Shown here: one piece after another, positions 32,340-42,909 of the stretch
Position numbering within the stretch: the stretch's first letter is position 1
How the letters are laid out: each line of letters starts with the position of its first letter
Assembly: GCA_964411875.1 (NCBI GenBank)
Contig: CAYPMT010000001.1
Coordinates: 20,824-71,925 of the forward strand
DNA from: an uncultured Kangiellaceae bacterium
GTDB lineage: Bacteria; Pseudomonadota; Gammaproteobacteria; Enterobacterales; Kangiellaceae
Direction: 5' to 3'
DNA: 51,102 nt
Notes under the pieces: generated by a model
The model's database searches: none
What the model saw: only the letters and a program-made list of their open reading frames with translations
Told to the model about the DNA's origin: nothing
Made by a program: the position numbers and the translations under genes

Positions 32340-33191
32340 ATGTTAAAAATTACTCGTTCCAGTTTGTTGTTAGTTTTAAGTATCACCTTATTGGCTTGTG
32401 CTAAAAATCAAGCAAAAGTTGATAGTAGTCTTGCATCTGATCAAGTTTCCCAAGTAAGCGATAAAGCGGCTGATGTAGATAAAATTATGAAACAATTTCA
32501 GCTGTCGCCTATTTTTAAGGAAGTCTTAACAACTGAGCAATTATTAACTTTTCCGAATGAAGAAGCAGATCTAAATTTGACTGATGAGCAAGTTAAAAAG
32601 CTAGATGATGCAGGTTTATCATTTCTTAATGAAACGCCTTCTGAAATACAAAAAATGTTATCACCTGAACAAATTGATGCAGTTAAGCGAGGCAATAACC
32701 CTAACTTCACTCAAGAGCAAATTGCTTCCATGCAATCAATGATGGCAGGAGATGAAGAGGAGAATGGTTTAAACCCTATAGCGATAGGTGTTGAGGCTCC
32801 TGACTTTGAGTTAGAGGATAATTATGGCAAGCAGCGAAAGTTATCCGATTTTAGAGGTAAATATGTTTTGATCGATTTTTGGGCAACTTGGTGTGGGCCT
32901 TGTGTAGCGTCGTTACCCAGGTTGGCTAGAGCCTATCAAAAAGTTGACAAAAGTAAAGTTGAGTTTATTAGTGTTTGTAGTCGATGTGATGATTTTATTG
33001 AGTTTCTTAATCAAAAAAACTTCAGTTGGATTCAATTGAATGATCTTGAAGTGACCGTATCAGACGCTTATGGTGTTATTGGTTTTCCCATGGTTTACTT
33101 AATTGGCCCTGATGGAAAAGTGGTTTACAGTAGCCTTGCTGAGAAATCTGAAGAAGAGTTGCTTGCAATGATAGCGGAGCATACTAAATAA
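32340..33191 (+). CDS. TlpA-like thiol-disulfide oxidoreductase lipoprotein with extra N-terminal domain
   Basis: LLAC lipobox, APDFEL, DFWATWCGPC, GFP.VYLIGPDG; start set at ATG 32340. Confidence 0.88.
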   Translation: MLKITRSSLLLVLSITLLACAKNQAKVDSSLASDQVSQVSDKAADVDKIMKQFQLSPIFKEVLTTEQLLTFPNEEADLNLTDEQVKKLDDAGLSFLNETPSEIQKMLSPEQIDAVKRGNNPNFTQEQIASMQSMMAGDEEENGLNPIAIGVEAPDFELEDNYGKQRKLSDFRGKYVLIDFWATWCGPCVASLPRLARAYQKVDKSKVEFISVCSRCDDFIEFLNQKNFSWIQLNDLEVTVSDAYGVIGFPMVYLIGPDGKVVYSSLAEKSEEELLAMIAEHTK

Positions 33192-33469
33192 AATTTAGGC
33201 TTTGATGTAAACTAAAAAATAACTGAAGAGCTGACAGCTTTTCTCTAAAGCCGTTTAAAATCAATGCTTTATAGGTCGTCTGTGTGTGATGATTTTATAT
33301 TGAGAGCATTCTCTTATTATTTGTTTTAAATAAGTATTTCTCCTATTTTATCGCTTTATAATGGGTCATTGTGTGCAAAATTAACGAAATTTTTTTTTTC
33401 GACTTAATTTATCCGTTTTAATTGGTTATAGTGCGCCTTGTTTTTATAAATGAGGTGTTTGCTATTTGC

Positions 33470-33883
33470 ATGCCTATTGAATTTGTTTGGCCAATTAGAG
33501 TCTACTATGAAGATACCGATGCCGGAGGCGTTGTCTTCTACGCTAATTATTTGAAATTTTTTGAGAGAGCTCGTACCGAGTGGTTAAACCATCTTGGTGT
33601 TGATCAATCCGAGTTGCTCCAACAAAACATTGCTTTTGCTGTTAAGCATGTTGATATTGATTACAAATTTCCCGCACGATTAAATCAACAACTTGATGTT
33701 GTTACTGATGTCATCAAAACAGCTGGAGCTAGCCTGATCTTTAAGCAAACAGTTTTTTTACAAGGTGATCGTCAAAAGCCTTTTTGTGAAGCGACCATAA
33801 AAGTGGTCAGCCTAGATTTAACTACTTTTACCCCTTGTCGTATACCAGACAATATTATAGAGGAGATTCAGCGTGCCAGCTGA
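33470..33883 (+). CDS. ybgC: Tol-Pal-associated acyl-CoA thioesterase
   Basis: RVYYEDTDAGGVVFYANYLKFFERARTE. Confidence 0.96.
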   Translation: MPIEFVWPIRVYYEDTDAGGVVFYANYLKFFERARTEWLNHLGVDQSELLQQNIAFAVKHVDIDYKFPARLNQQLDVVTDVIKTAGASLIFKQTVFLQGDRQKPFCEATIKVVSLDLTTFTPCRIPDNIIEEIQRAS

Positions 33884-34568
33884 TATGTCGATTATAAGTT
33901 TATTTTTACATGCGAGTGTGATTGTCCAGCTGATTATGATTGCTTTGCTAGTTTTGTCAGTGATTTCATGGGCAATTATTTTTCAGCGTAATAAAGCATT
34001 AAGTAGTGCATTTTCCGACGCCATGAAATTTGAAGAGCGCTTTTGGTCAGGTATTGATTTGAGTAAGCTTTACCATGATTTAACCAGCCATAAGACTTCA
34101 GTGGTTGGCATGGATATTCTCTTTACTTCCGGTTATCGAGAGTTTGTACGTTTAAGTAAACAAAAAAACACATCGCCTCAGGCTGTTATGGATGGCGCTC
34201 AACGAGCTATGCGAGTGGCTTTTTCGCGTGAAATTGACAAGATAGAAGTACATTTACCCTTTCTTGCGACAGTTGGTTCAACCACCCCTTATATTGGCTT
34301 GTTTGGAACCGTTTGGGGAATTATGAACTCTTTTATTGCTTTAGGTGCGGTCAAACAAGCAACATTAGCGATGGTTGCACCGGGTATTGCTGAAGCCCTA
34401 ATTGCAACTGCCATGGGTTTGTTTGCCGCGATTCCTGCGGTTATTTTTTATAATCGTTTTTCTACTAAAGTACAAAAAATTGAAACTCAATATGAAAACT
34501 TTGTTGAAGAGTTTTCGGGCATCTTACACCGTAAAGCCCATAGTCGCTCCACTGAATCAGCGGATTAG
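33873..34568 (+). CDS. tolQ: TolQ
   Basis: PYIGLFGTVWGIM, PGIAEALIATA. Confidence 0.97.
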   Translation: MPADMSIISLFLHASVIVQLIMIALLVLSVISWAIIFQRNKALSSAFSDAMKFEERFWSGIDLSKLYHDLTSHKTSVVGMDILFTSGYREFVRLSKQKNTSPQAVMDGAQRAMRVAFSREIDKIEVHLPFLATVGSTTPYIGLFGTVWGIMNSFIALGAVKQATLAMVAPGIAEALIATAMGLFAAIPAVIFYNRFSTKVQKIETQYENFVEEFSGILHRKAHSRSTESAD

Positions 34569-34576
34569 AAACTATT

Positions 34577-35020
34577 ATGACAGCCACTATTCGTATTCGT
34601 AAAAATAAACGGCGACCCGTTGCTGAAATTAATGTTGTTCCTTACATTGATGTTATGTTGGTGTTATTAGTTATTTTTATGATTACGGCACCTTTGATTA
34701 CTGCAGGGGTCAAAGTGGATTTGCCAGAAGTTTCTGCTGAGCCTATGTCGGCGAATGAGGAGCCGCCTTTAATTGCTAGTATTGACTCGAGTGGTAATTA
34801 TTATTTATCGATTGGCGAATCATCGGATCAGGCTTTAGAGGCGCATCAGCTTATTGAACTAGTTGCGGCTCATCTTAAGCTTAAACCTTCGGTACAAGTG
34901 ATGATTAATGGCGATCGCAGTGTTGCTTATGACAAAGTGGTTCAACTGATGGTGTTATTACAAGCAGAGGTTGGCATAGAGTCGGTCGGTTTAATGACGG
35001 ATCCAATGAGTGATGAGTAG
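34577..35020 (+). CDS. tolR: TolR
   Basis: EINVVPYIDVMLVLLVIFM. Confidence 0.97.
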   Translation: MTATIRIRKNKRRPVAEINVVPYIDVMLVLLVIFMITAPLITAGVKVDLPEVSAEPMSANEEPPLIASIDSSGNYYLSIGESSDQALEAHQLIELVAAHLKLKPSVQVMINGDRSVAYDKVVQLMVLLQAEVGIESVGLMTDPMSDE

Positions 35021-35079
35021 CGGTTATTTTTTTAGATTGATTACAGTTAATCTAATGTCTTAATTAAATAAGTGTATTA

Positions 35080-35973
35080 ATGAAATTAAGCAAGGCAATT
35101 CTTATATCATTATTAATCCATTTAGCTTTAGTGCTTTTATTGGTATTTAATTTTCAGTTTAGTAAACCAAAGCAAACTCAAACCAGCTCACCTAAGCCAC
35201 AAATTAATGCCAAAGCGGTTAATAGTAAGCGAGTTGAAAAGCTTGTTGAAAAACTAAGAAAAGAAAAACAAACTAATCGCCGTAAAGAAGAAAAACGACT
35301 CGAAAATTTAAAACAAGCTGAAGAGCAATTAAAACGTAAACGTCAGCAAGAAGAAAATAAAGTTAAAGAAGCACAAAAAAAATTAAAAAAAGCAGAAGAA
35401 AAACGTAAGGCTGAAGAGAAAAAAGCAGTTGCTGCTAAGAAAAAGCGCCTAGATGAAGAGAAAAAGCGTAAGAAAAAGGCTGAACAAGAAAAAAAGAAAA
35501 AAGCAGCAGAAGAACAGAAACGTAAAGAAGAAGAAAAGCGTAAAGAAAAAGAGCGAAAGAAAAAAGCAGCAGAAAAGAAACGCAAAGAAGATGAGGCGCG
35601 TAAACGTAAAGAAGCTGAGGAAAGAAAGCGTCAAGAAGACTTTGAAAAAGAAATGCAGGCTGAATCAGACTCATTAGCAAAAGCTCAAATGCAAACCGAA
35701 GTTGATAGGTTTGTTAGTTTAATCAAAGGTAAAATTGAGCGTAATTGGATTGAACCAGAGCAGCTTGGTTATTGTCTTTTTAATGTGAAAGTTTCATCAG
35801 GTGGTTTAGTTTTATCAATTTCAGTGATTGAAGGGCAAGCGCAGCATTGTGAGTCAGGCCAGAGGGCCATTTATAAATCAGAGCCTTTGCCGGTCTCTAA
35901 AGACCCTAGCGTGTTTGCAGAAATGAAGTCGATTAATTTGACGTTAGATAATAGGAGTGAAGAGGAACAATGA
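35080..35973 (+). CDS. tolA: TolA
   Basis: S..IH TM anchor, K/E/A-rich helical linker, C-terminal domain; operon position. Confidence 0.92.
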   Translation: MKLSKAILISLLIHLALVLLLVFNFQFSKPKQTQTSSPKPQINAKAVNSKRVEKLVEKLRKEKQTNRRKEEKRLENLKQAEEQLKRKRQQEENKVKEAQKKLKKAEEKRKAEEKKAVAAKKKRLDEEKKRKKKAEQEKKKKAAEEQKRKEEEKRKEKERKKKAAEKKRKEDEARKRKEAEERKRQEDFEKEMQAESDSLAKAQMQTEVDRFVSLIKGKIERNWIEPEQLGYCLFNVKVSSGGLVLSISVIEGQAQHCESGQRAIYKSEPLPVSKDPSVFAEMKSINLTLDNRSEEEQ

Positions 35974-37310
35974 CAAAACGATTAGTGGCATTTTTATTTA
36001 CACTACTATTTTTTAATAATAAGTTAGCGGCAGAAATAGATATTGTTATTACTTCTGGTATGGACAATGCCCGCCCTGTAGCGATTTTACCGTTTGATTG
36101 GCGCGGCATTGAGCTTAAGCCACAACAAGATGTTGCTGCTATCGTGAGTGCTGATTTACGCCGCAGTGGTCGTTTTAATCCGATGGGTCAGCATGCCTTA
36201 TTGCAAAAAGTCCATCAATATAAAGATGTTAATTTGCAGCTATGGCGAGAGAAGGGAATTGAAGCTGTAGCAATTGGTTTTATTGAACAACAACCAGATG
36301 GACGTTTAAAAATAGGTTATGAGTTAATCGATATTTTTCGTAAGCAACAGGAGTTATTGGGTGGTGAATTAGTTAACGTTGATAGAAATAAAATTGACGC
36401 TTCACTAACAATAATACAAGCGAAAGATTTAAGGTTTCATGCGCATCGGATTGCGGACAGAATTTACGAAAAACTGACCGGTGAAAAAGGAGCTTTTGCG
36501 ACACGAATTGCTTATGTTAGCGTTGATAAAAACCAAAGCAAACCCTATCGGTTAATGATTGCTGACTCAGATGGTTTCGGCGCACAAACAGTTTTTGCTT
36601 CAACTCAGCCAATTATGTCGCCTGCTTGGTCGCCTGATGCTCAGCAATTGGCTTATGTTTCGTTTAAAAATGGACGGTCTGAAATTTATATGGAAAATAT
36701 TTATCAAGCCAATAGTCGTCGTCGAGTGGCTGCTTTTGAAGGTATCAATAGTTCCCCAGCTTTTTCGCCAGATGGTCGACGTATGGCGATGACGTTATCG
36801 CGAGATGGTAATGCGGAAGTTTATGTTTTAGATTTAACTACCCAGCGCTTTTCAAGAATTACCCGAAGTGTTAATTCAATTGAGACCGAGCCAAGTTGGG
36901 CTCCTGATGGCCAATCACTATTATTTACTTCGGATCGAGGTAGAGGCCCACAAATTTACCAGCAAAATTTAGTTGGTAGTAAAGCCGAAAGGCTGACCTG
37001 GGAAGGTAATTACAATGCCAGTGCTTCATTAACCACTGATGGTAAACGAATGGTATTAATTAATCGAAGCAATGGTATTTTTCATGTTGCGGTGCAAGAT
37101 GTTGAAACTAGTTCTATGAGAACATTAACTAAAACTCGTTTAGATGAGTCACCCAGTTTAGCCCCTAATGGCAGTATGGTTATTTATGCAACGGTTTATA
37201 GAGGGCGAAAAGTGTTATCAGTTGTCTCAACTGACGGTCGTTTTAAAGCCCGACTACCTTCTAAAACTGGTGAAGTAAAAGCGCCAGTTTGGTCACCTTA
37301 TTTAGATTAA
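35970..37310 (+). CDS. tolB: TolB
   Basis: DLRRSGRF, TRIAYV, repeated SP.WSPDG propeller motifs. Confidence 0.97.
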   Translation: MTKRLVAFLFTLLFFNNKLAAEIDIVITSGMDNARPVAILPFDWRGIELKPQQDVAAIVSADLRRSGRFNPMGQHALLQKVHQYKDVNLQLWREKGIEAVAIGFIEQQPDGRLKIGYELIDIFRKQQELLGGELVNVDRNKIDASLTIIQAKDLRFHAHRIADRIYEKLTGEKGAFATRIAYVSVDKNQSKPYRLMIADSDGFGAQTVFASTQPIMSPAWSPDAQQLAYVSFKNGRSEIYMENIYQANSRRRVAAFEGINSSPAFSPDGRRMAMTLSRDGNAEVYVLDLTTQRFSRITRSVNSIETEPSWAPDGQSLLFTSDRGRGPQIYQQNLVGSKAERLTWEGNYNASASLTTDGKRMVLINRSNGIFHVAVQDVETSSMRTLTKTRLDESPSLAPNGSMVIYATVYRGRKVLSVVSTDGRFKARLPSKTGEVKAPVWSPYLD

Positions 37311-37471
37311 TTAGGCTTTAAGTTTGATTTTTATTTAGCGAGACACTAAATAAGCTATAAAAGTCACATTTTATGTAAAATTTTAGTAATAAGTCATTGT
37401 TTATCGGTTTAAATCGTGGATAATGGCGGTCTAAAGCTACTTAAAACCTAACTCAAAAATAGGAGAATCCA

Positions 37472-38026
37472 ATGTTAACCATGAAAGTAGGCAAAGGACT
37501 AGTCATTTTAATGGCAACAATGTTTTTATTCGCTTGTGCTTCTTCGAACAACAACGATGCTGAGCAAGTGGGTAATCAAACGGATACAGATAGTGATTCC
37601 AACCAAGTTCTGGCTCCACCTAGCAAAACTGCAGAGCAGTTAGCGGCTGAGCGAGAAGCAGCAGCACTCGAGTCAAATAGAAGAGCTCGTGACGAGCGTA
37701 CTGTTTATTTTAATTTAGATGACGATACGGTTAATTTTGAAGGTCGAAGTTTACTAGAAGCCCATGCTTGGTATTTATCTCTTCCAGCAAACTCTGGCAC
37801 TATTGTTACTGTTAACGGTCATTGTGATGAGCGAGGCACGCCTGCTTATAATTTAGCGTTGGGTGAGCGTCGAGCAAAAGCGATTGCGCAAATTTTAATG
37901 TTAAATGGTGTTTCTTCTGCACAAATCAAAACAGTTAGTTATGGTGAAGAACAGCCTGTAGATCCTGGCCATGATGAAAGTGCATGGTCTCGGAATCGTC
38001 GCGGCTCTTTAGATTATGAAGGTTAA
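37472..38026 (+). CDS. pal: Peptidoglycan-associated lipoprotein Pal
   Basis: LFAC lipobox, GHCDERGT..YNLALGERRA, NRR. Confidence 0.97.
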   Translation: MLTMKVGKGLVILMATMFLFACASSNNNDAEQVGNQTDTDSDSNQVLAPPSKTAEQLAAEREAAALESNRRARDERTVYFNLDDDTVNFEGRSLLEAHAWYLSLPANSGTIVTVNGHCDERGTPAYNLALGERRAKAIAQILMLNGVSSAQIKTVSYGEEQPVDPGHDESAWSRNRRGSLDYEG

Positions 38027-38795
38027 AAACCTATCAATCGTGGCGGCTTTAGCCGCCACTCTTTTTTTCAGCTTTCTTTCTTTTTCTGCTTACTCTCAGT
38101 CAGGCTCTGTTGAGCAGCGACTTGAGCAACTTGAGCAACAACTTCAGACTCGTAACCAACTTCAGTCTGAAATGAGTCTTCAGTTAACTGAGTTACAGAA
38201 AGAAGTTAAGTTGTTGCTTGGCACGATTGAAGAGCAACAATTTAAACTTAAGCAAATTCAAGAACGTCAACGCGATATTTATCGGGAAATTGATACACGC
38301 TTTAGCGCGATTAGCTCTGTAGATAGTAGAGTTAATACAACACAGCAATCGACTCCTAATACGCAACAAGGCTCGAATTCTTTAGCTTCCAGCGAAGATA
38401 CTTCTTCGACAGAAAGTGAACGTAAAGAGTTTGAATCAGTTTTTCAGTTGGTACGCAGGCAGGAATATGAGCAAGCTATCGCTGAGTTTAATAGTTTCTT
38501 AGAACGCTATCCTTATGGCTCTTATTCAGGTAATGCACTCTTTTGGCTTGGCCAGGTTTATTTTGTACAGTCAAAGTTGGTTGATGCTGAACAAAAATTT
38601 GAGCGTTTGATTAGAGATTTTCCTAAGTCATCTAAGGTTCCAGCAGGTATGCTGAAATTAGCAGAAATTAAAGCTAAACGTAAAAAGTATGATGAAGCTA
38701 AAGTCATTTATAAACAGGTTATGAATAATTATTCTGGCTCTACCCAACAGCTAGCTAGCAAGGGATTACAAGCTCTTAAAGATTCAGGGCATTAG
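38016..38795 (+). CDS. cpoB: Cell division coordinator CpoB (YbgF)
   Basis: Signal peptide, coiled coil, TPR repeats; follows pal. Confidence 0.93.
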   Translation: MKVKNLSIVAALAATLFFSFLSFSAYSQSGSVEQRLEQLEQQLQTRNQLQSEMSLQLTELQKEVKLLLGTIEEQQFKLKQIQERQRDIYREIDTRFSAISSVDSRVNTTQQSTPNTQQGSNSLASSEDTSSTESERKEFESVFQLVRRQEYEQAIAEFNSFLERYPYGSYSGNALFWLGQVYFVQSKLVDAEQKFERLIRDFPKSSKVPAGMLKLAEIKAKRKKYDEAKVIYKQVMNNYSGSTQQLASKGLQALKDSGH

Positions 38796-38805
38796 TTAGT
38801 TTTAT

Positions 38806-39480
38806 GTGTATTTAGCAACCTTATCTGAAATACCATTGTCTCGTTTAAGAATTACTGAAATTTTTTACTCGCTGCAGGGCGAGTCCTCTTCCATAGGCAA
38901 ACCGACTTTGTTTGTCCGTCTTACGGGTTGTCCACTGCGTTGTGTTTGGTGTGATACCGAATATGCTTTTCATGGTGGCGATTATTGGGAGTTACCCGAA
39001 CTCATCGATAAAATAGCCAGCTACCAGCCACAACATATCTGTATTACCGGTGGTGAGCCACTGGCACAAAAAGAATCTTGTGAAGTCCTGATGAAAGCGT
39101 TATGTGACCAGAGTTATCAAGTTTCTATTGAAACTAGCGGTGCGATAGATATTTCAGGTGTTGATTCACGAGTCATTAAAGTTATGGATCTAAAAGCACC
39201 TGGCTCAGGTGAAATGTCAAAAAATTTGTATTCAAATATTCAGCATTTAACTGATAAAGATGAGGTTAAGTTTGTCATCATGAGTCGTAAGGATTATGAC
39301 TGGGCTAAAATGCAGATTGATGAATATCAACTATCAGAAAAAACCAATGTGATTTTTTCACCATGTTTTGGTGATATTGATGAAACTGAATTAGCGGAAT
39401 GGATCATTCAAGATAATTTGCCCGTAAGGTTCCAAATTCAACTGCATAAAATTTTATGGAATGATGCAGCCGGTCATTAG
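38806..39480 (+). CDS. queE: 7-carboxy-7-deazaguanine synthase (radical SAM)
   Basis: EIFYSLQGE, CPLRCVWCD, QLHK. Confidence 0.95.
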   Translation: MYLATLSEIPLSRLRITEIFYSLQGESSSIGKPTLFVRLTGCPLRCVWCDTEYAFHGGDYWELPELIDKIASYQPQHICITGGEPLAQKESCEVLMKALCDQSYQVSIETSGAIDISGVDSRVIKVMDLKAPGSGEMSKNLYSNIQHLTDKDEVKFVIMSRKDYDWAKMQIDEYQLSEKTNVIFSPCFGDIDETELAEWIIQDNLPVRFQIQLHKILWNDAAGH

Positions 39481-39500
39481 TTATTTTGGGTCGCTAGAGA

Positions 39501-40196
39501 ATGAATATAGAAAGTAAAAAAGCAGTGGTGTTATTGTCCGGTGGGTTAGATTCAACCACTTGCCTTGCTATCGCCCAGTCGGAAAATTACGATTGCTACG
39601 CACTCAGCTTTAGCTATGGTCAAAAGCATTCGGCTGAGTTAGTCGCGGCAAAAAAAATTGCAGCATCTTATCAAGTTAAAGATCATAAAATTATTGATTT
39701 AAACTTAGCGAGCTTTGGTGGTTCAGCACTCACGGATGACGCTATTGATGTTCCTACTGGTAGAATAATAGATATAGATAAATCGGAAGATATTCCGAGC
39801 ACCTATGTGCCAGCAAGAAATACCGTGTTTTTATCCATTGCGCTCGCTTGGGCCGAAGTTTTACAAGCCGATAAAATTTTTGCTGGTGTGAATGCCGTTG
39901 ATTACTCTGGTTACCCGGACTGCCGCCCTGAATATATCCAGGCCTTTCAAACTATGGCCGACTTAGCCACCAAAGCGGGTATTGAAGGCAAAGGTGTTAA
40001 AATTGCAACGCCTTTGATAGACCTAACTAAAGTCGACATTATTCGCTTGGGTGAATCGCTGGGCGTTGATTATTCTCAAACGGTTTCTTGTTATCAAGCA
40101 GATGAACAGGGTAGAGCTTGTGGGCAATGTGACTCTTGTTTGATCCGTAAAGAAGCTTTTGAGAAAGCTTTAAATAAAGACCCGACGCGTTATTAG
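39501..40196 (+). CDS. queC: 7-cyano-7-deazaguanine synthase
   Basis: SGGLDS, YVPARN, YPDCR, CGQCDSC. Confidence 0.97.
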   Translation: MNIESKKAVVLLSGGLDSTTCLAIAQSENYDCYALSFSYGQKHSAELVAAKKIAASYQVKDHKIIDLNLASFGGSALTDDAIDVPTGRIIDIDKSEDIPSTYVPARNTVFLSIALAWAEVLQADKIFAGVNAVDYSGYPDCRPEYIQAFQTMADLATKAGIEGKGVKIATPLIDLTKVDIIRLGESLGVDYSQTVSCYQADEQGRACGQCDSCLIRKEAFEKALNKDPTRY

Positions 40197-40358
40197 AAGA
40201 GATAAGCTTTAACTTTTTTACGCCGGTTTAGCAAAATATTCACTATGGCTAAAACTTGTCTTGCTATATAATACCCGGCTTTGGCGAAATCTAAGTTAAG
40301 CGGGTGGTTGGTTTTAGTTAACCACTTGATTTATAAATAATTTTATTGGAGTTTTAAA

Positions 40359-40790
40359 ATGGCTGTTGAACGTACTTTTTCAATTGTAAAACCAGATGCT
40401 GTAGCAAAAAATGCTATTGGTGCTATTTATGGGCGTTTTGAGAGCGCGGGTTTAAAAGTGGTCGCAAGCAAGATGATGCATTTAAGCAAAGAAAAAGCGG
40501 AAGGTTTTTATGCAGAACATAAAGAGCGCCCATTTTTTAATGATTTAGTGTCTTTTATGACTTCTGGCCCAGTAATGGTTCAAGTACTTGAAGGTGAAAA
40601 TGCGATTAAAGCAAATCGTGAAATTATGGGCGCAACTAACCCAAGTGAAGCTGCTCGTGGTACTTTAAGAGCTGATTTTGCTGATTCGATTGATCAAAAT
40701 GCTGTTCATGGTTCAGATGCACCTGAATCAGCGGCTCGTGAAGTTGCTTACTTCTTCTCTGAAGAAGAGATTTGTCCGCGTACTCGATAA
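40359..40790 (+). CDS. ndk: Nucleoside diphosphate kinase
   Basis: [17 protein letters not shown]. Confidence 0.98.
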   Translation: MAVERTFSIVKPDAVAKNAIGAIYGRFESAGLKVVASKMMHLSKEKAEGFYAEHKERPFFNDLVSFMTSGPVMVQVLEGENAIKANREIMGATNPSEAARGTLRADFADSIDQNAVHGSDAPESAAREVAYFFSEEEICPRTR

Positions 40791-40912
40791 TATTATCATT
40801 TAGATAATCAGTGTAATTTAGGCGGATAGTTTAATTTAGGTTATAATCCGCCTTTCTGGGGCAGTTGTTGTTTGCTGCCCAGCTAAAATTTTAAATCGTT
40901 AAAGGTATTATA

Positions 40913-42034
40913 ATGAGTGAGAAGTTAAATTTGCTCGACCTGAATCACGATGGAATGGTTGAGTTTTTCAAAGATATTGGCGAAAAACCATTTCGTGCTC
41001 CCCAGGTTATCAAGTGGATCCATCAGTTTGGTATCGATGATTTCGATCAGATGACCAACCTATCTAAGGCGCTACGTGCCAAACTTAAGTTAACGACAGA
41101 AATTAAAGGGCCGGAGATTATTACGGAACAAATTTCTGAAGATGGTACGATTAAGTGGGCGTTGAAAATGCAAGATGGTCAGGCCATCGAAACGGTTCTT
41201 ATTCCTGACGGTGAAAGAGGCACGCTTTGTGTTTCATCTCAGATTGGCTGTGTATTAGACTGCTCTTTTTGTTCGACAGCACAACAGGGTTTTAACCGTA
41301 ACCTTTCCACTGCTGAGATTATTGGCCAAGTTTGGTTTGCTATTCGTCGCTTAGGTAGTTTACGTACTACCGGCCATAGAAGTGTCACCAATGTGGTGAT
41401 GATGGGTATGGGAGAGCCATTGCTTAATTTTGATGCGGTTACAAAAGCCATGGACTTAATGTTGAGCGATTTTGCCTATGGTCTTTCGAAAAGACGTGTG
41501 ACCTTGAGTACTTCAGGTGTTGTACCAGGTTTACAGCAATTAGCACAGCGATCCGATGTGGCGCTTGCCTTGTCATTGCATGCACCTAATAACCAATTGA
41601 GAAATGAGTTGGTTCCGCTTAACAAAAAATACCCCATTGAAAAACTTTTACCTGTGGTAAAAGATTACCTTGATAGTTCTAATGCGAATAAAAAAGTGAC
41701 CATTGAATATGTTATGTTGAAAGGTGTTAATGATTCACCGGAACATGCGCGAGAGTTAGCAGTGCTCTTGAAAGATTTGCCTAGTAAAATCAACTTAATC
41801 CCTTTTAACCCGTTTCCTAAAACGCGTTATCAAACGTCTAGCCAAAAAGCGATTGACCTTTTTGGCGAGATATTACTAAAAAAAGGCTTTATTGTTGTAA
41901 CTCGAAGGACTCGAGGTGATGATATTGATGCGGCTTGTGGACAGCTTGTGGGGCAGGTGAATGATAGAACAAGACGTCAGCAACGCAATGAGAAAAATTT
42001 ATATCAAATTAATGTTAAACAATTGAGTGATTGA
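40913..42034 (+). CDS. rlmN: Dual-specificity RNA methyltransferase RlmN
   Basis: [27 protein letters not shown]. Confidence 0.98.
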   Translation: MSEKLNLLDLNHDGMVEFFKDIGEKPFRAPQVIKWIHQFGIDDFDQMTNLSKALRAKLKLTTEIKGPEIITEQISEDGTIKWALKMQDGQAIETVLIPDGERGTLCVSSQIGCVLDCSFCSTAQQGFNRNLSTAEIIGQVWFAIRRLGSLRTTGHRSVTNVVMMGMGEPLLNFDAVTKAMDLMLSDFAYGLSKRRVTLSTSGVVPGLQQLAQRSDVALALSLHAPNNQLRNELVPLNKKYPIEKLLPVVKDYLDSSNANKKVTIEYVMLKGVNDSPEHARELAVLLKDLPSKINLIPFNPFPKTRYQTSSQKAIDLFGEILLKKGFIVVTRRTRGDDIDAACGQLVGQVNDRTRRQQRNEKNLYQINVKQLSD

Positions 42035-42117
42035 ATGAGTCTTTAAGCTAATTGTTTTGATGTGGCAAGCTAAGGATATAAGAAGCGGTATCAATTAAAA
42101 TGACTGGAGAATTAATC

Positions 42118-42909
42118 ATGAAAAAAATATTTTTAGTGCTCTTCGCTTTAGCACTTGTTGGTTGCCAAACCAGTAGAGAAGTAACCACACACGGGGCAAA
42201 CCGTGGTTCAGGAAGTATATCGAGTAATTTTGATAAGAAACCATCTGCAATAAAGCGAGCTGAAATTGGTTTAACTTATCTTGGCCAAAACGTTTTAGAG
42301 CGAGCGAAGTTTCATTTAGATAAAGCATTAGAATATGATCCTGGTTTGGGCAATGTGCATTACGGTCTGGGTATTTACTACCAACGCGTTAAAGATGAAA
42401 AGTTAGCCTATAAGCACTTTAAAAAAGCCGTGAAAATCGAGTCAAAAAACCCTAATTTTTTGAATGCCTATGGTGCGTTTTTATGTGAGCAAGATGATTA
42501 TCAAGAAGCAGACAAAATGTTTCAACGAGCGATTGATATTCCTACCTATAGTGAAGTATCTAAAACTTTTTACAATGTTGGTTTATGTGCATTAAAGCAA
42601 GATGACACAGAAAAAGCCCAGACTTATTTTCGTAATGCTCTAAACCGTGACTCGAGTATGTCTGGTGCTTTGATAGAAATGTCGAAAATTGAGTTTGCAA
42701 AACAGCGTTACGAAAGGGCCATGAATTATATCAAGCGTTTTGAAAAAAATGGTCGAGTGACATCTGAATCATCATGGCTTGGTTTAAGGGTGGCTCATTA
42801 TCTTCGTGATAAAGATGCGATTGCACGTTATGGTTTACTACTGGAGCAGCGATTTCCAGATAGTCACGAAACCAGCGCTTATTTAGATAATAAAAGACAA
42901 TGGATGTAG
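42118..42909 (+). CDS. pilW: Type IV pilus biogenesis TPR lipoprotein PilW/PilF
   Basis: LVGC lipobox, TPRs, N.YGAFLC; rlmN-rodZ synteny. Confidence 0.9.
   Translation: MKKIFLVLFALALVGCQTSREVTTHGANRGSGSISSNFDKKPSAIKRAEIGLTYLGQNVLERAKFHLDKALEYDPGLGNVHYGLGIYYQRVKDEKLAYKHFKKAVKIESKNPNFLNAYGAFLCEQDDYQEADKMFQRAIDIPTYSEVSKTFYNVGLCALKQDDTEKAQTYFRNALNRDSSMSGALIEMSKIEFAKQRYERAMNYIKRFEKNGRVTSESSWLGLRVAHYLRDKDAIARYGLLLEQRFPDSHETSAYLDNKRQWM

Noticed and set aside
33297..33320. Fur box upstream of ybgC-tol (TGAGAGCATTCTCTT)
   Set aside because: One base short of the 7-1-7 spacing with several mismatches; too weak in AT-rich DNA.
35343..35680. Alternative-frame and antisense ORFs inside tolA
   Set aside because: By-products of the low-complexity K/E/A codon run.
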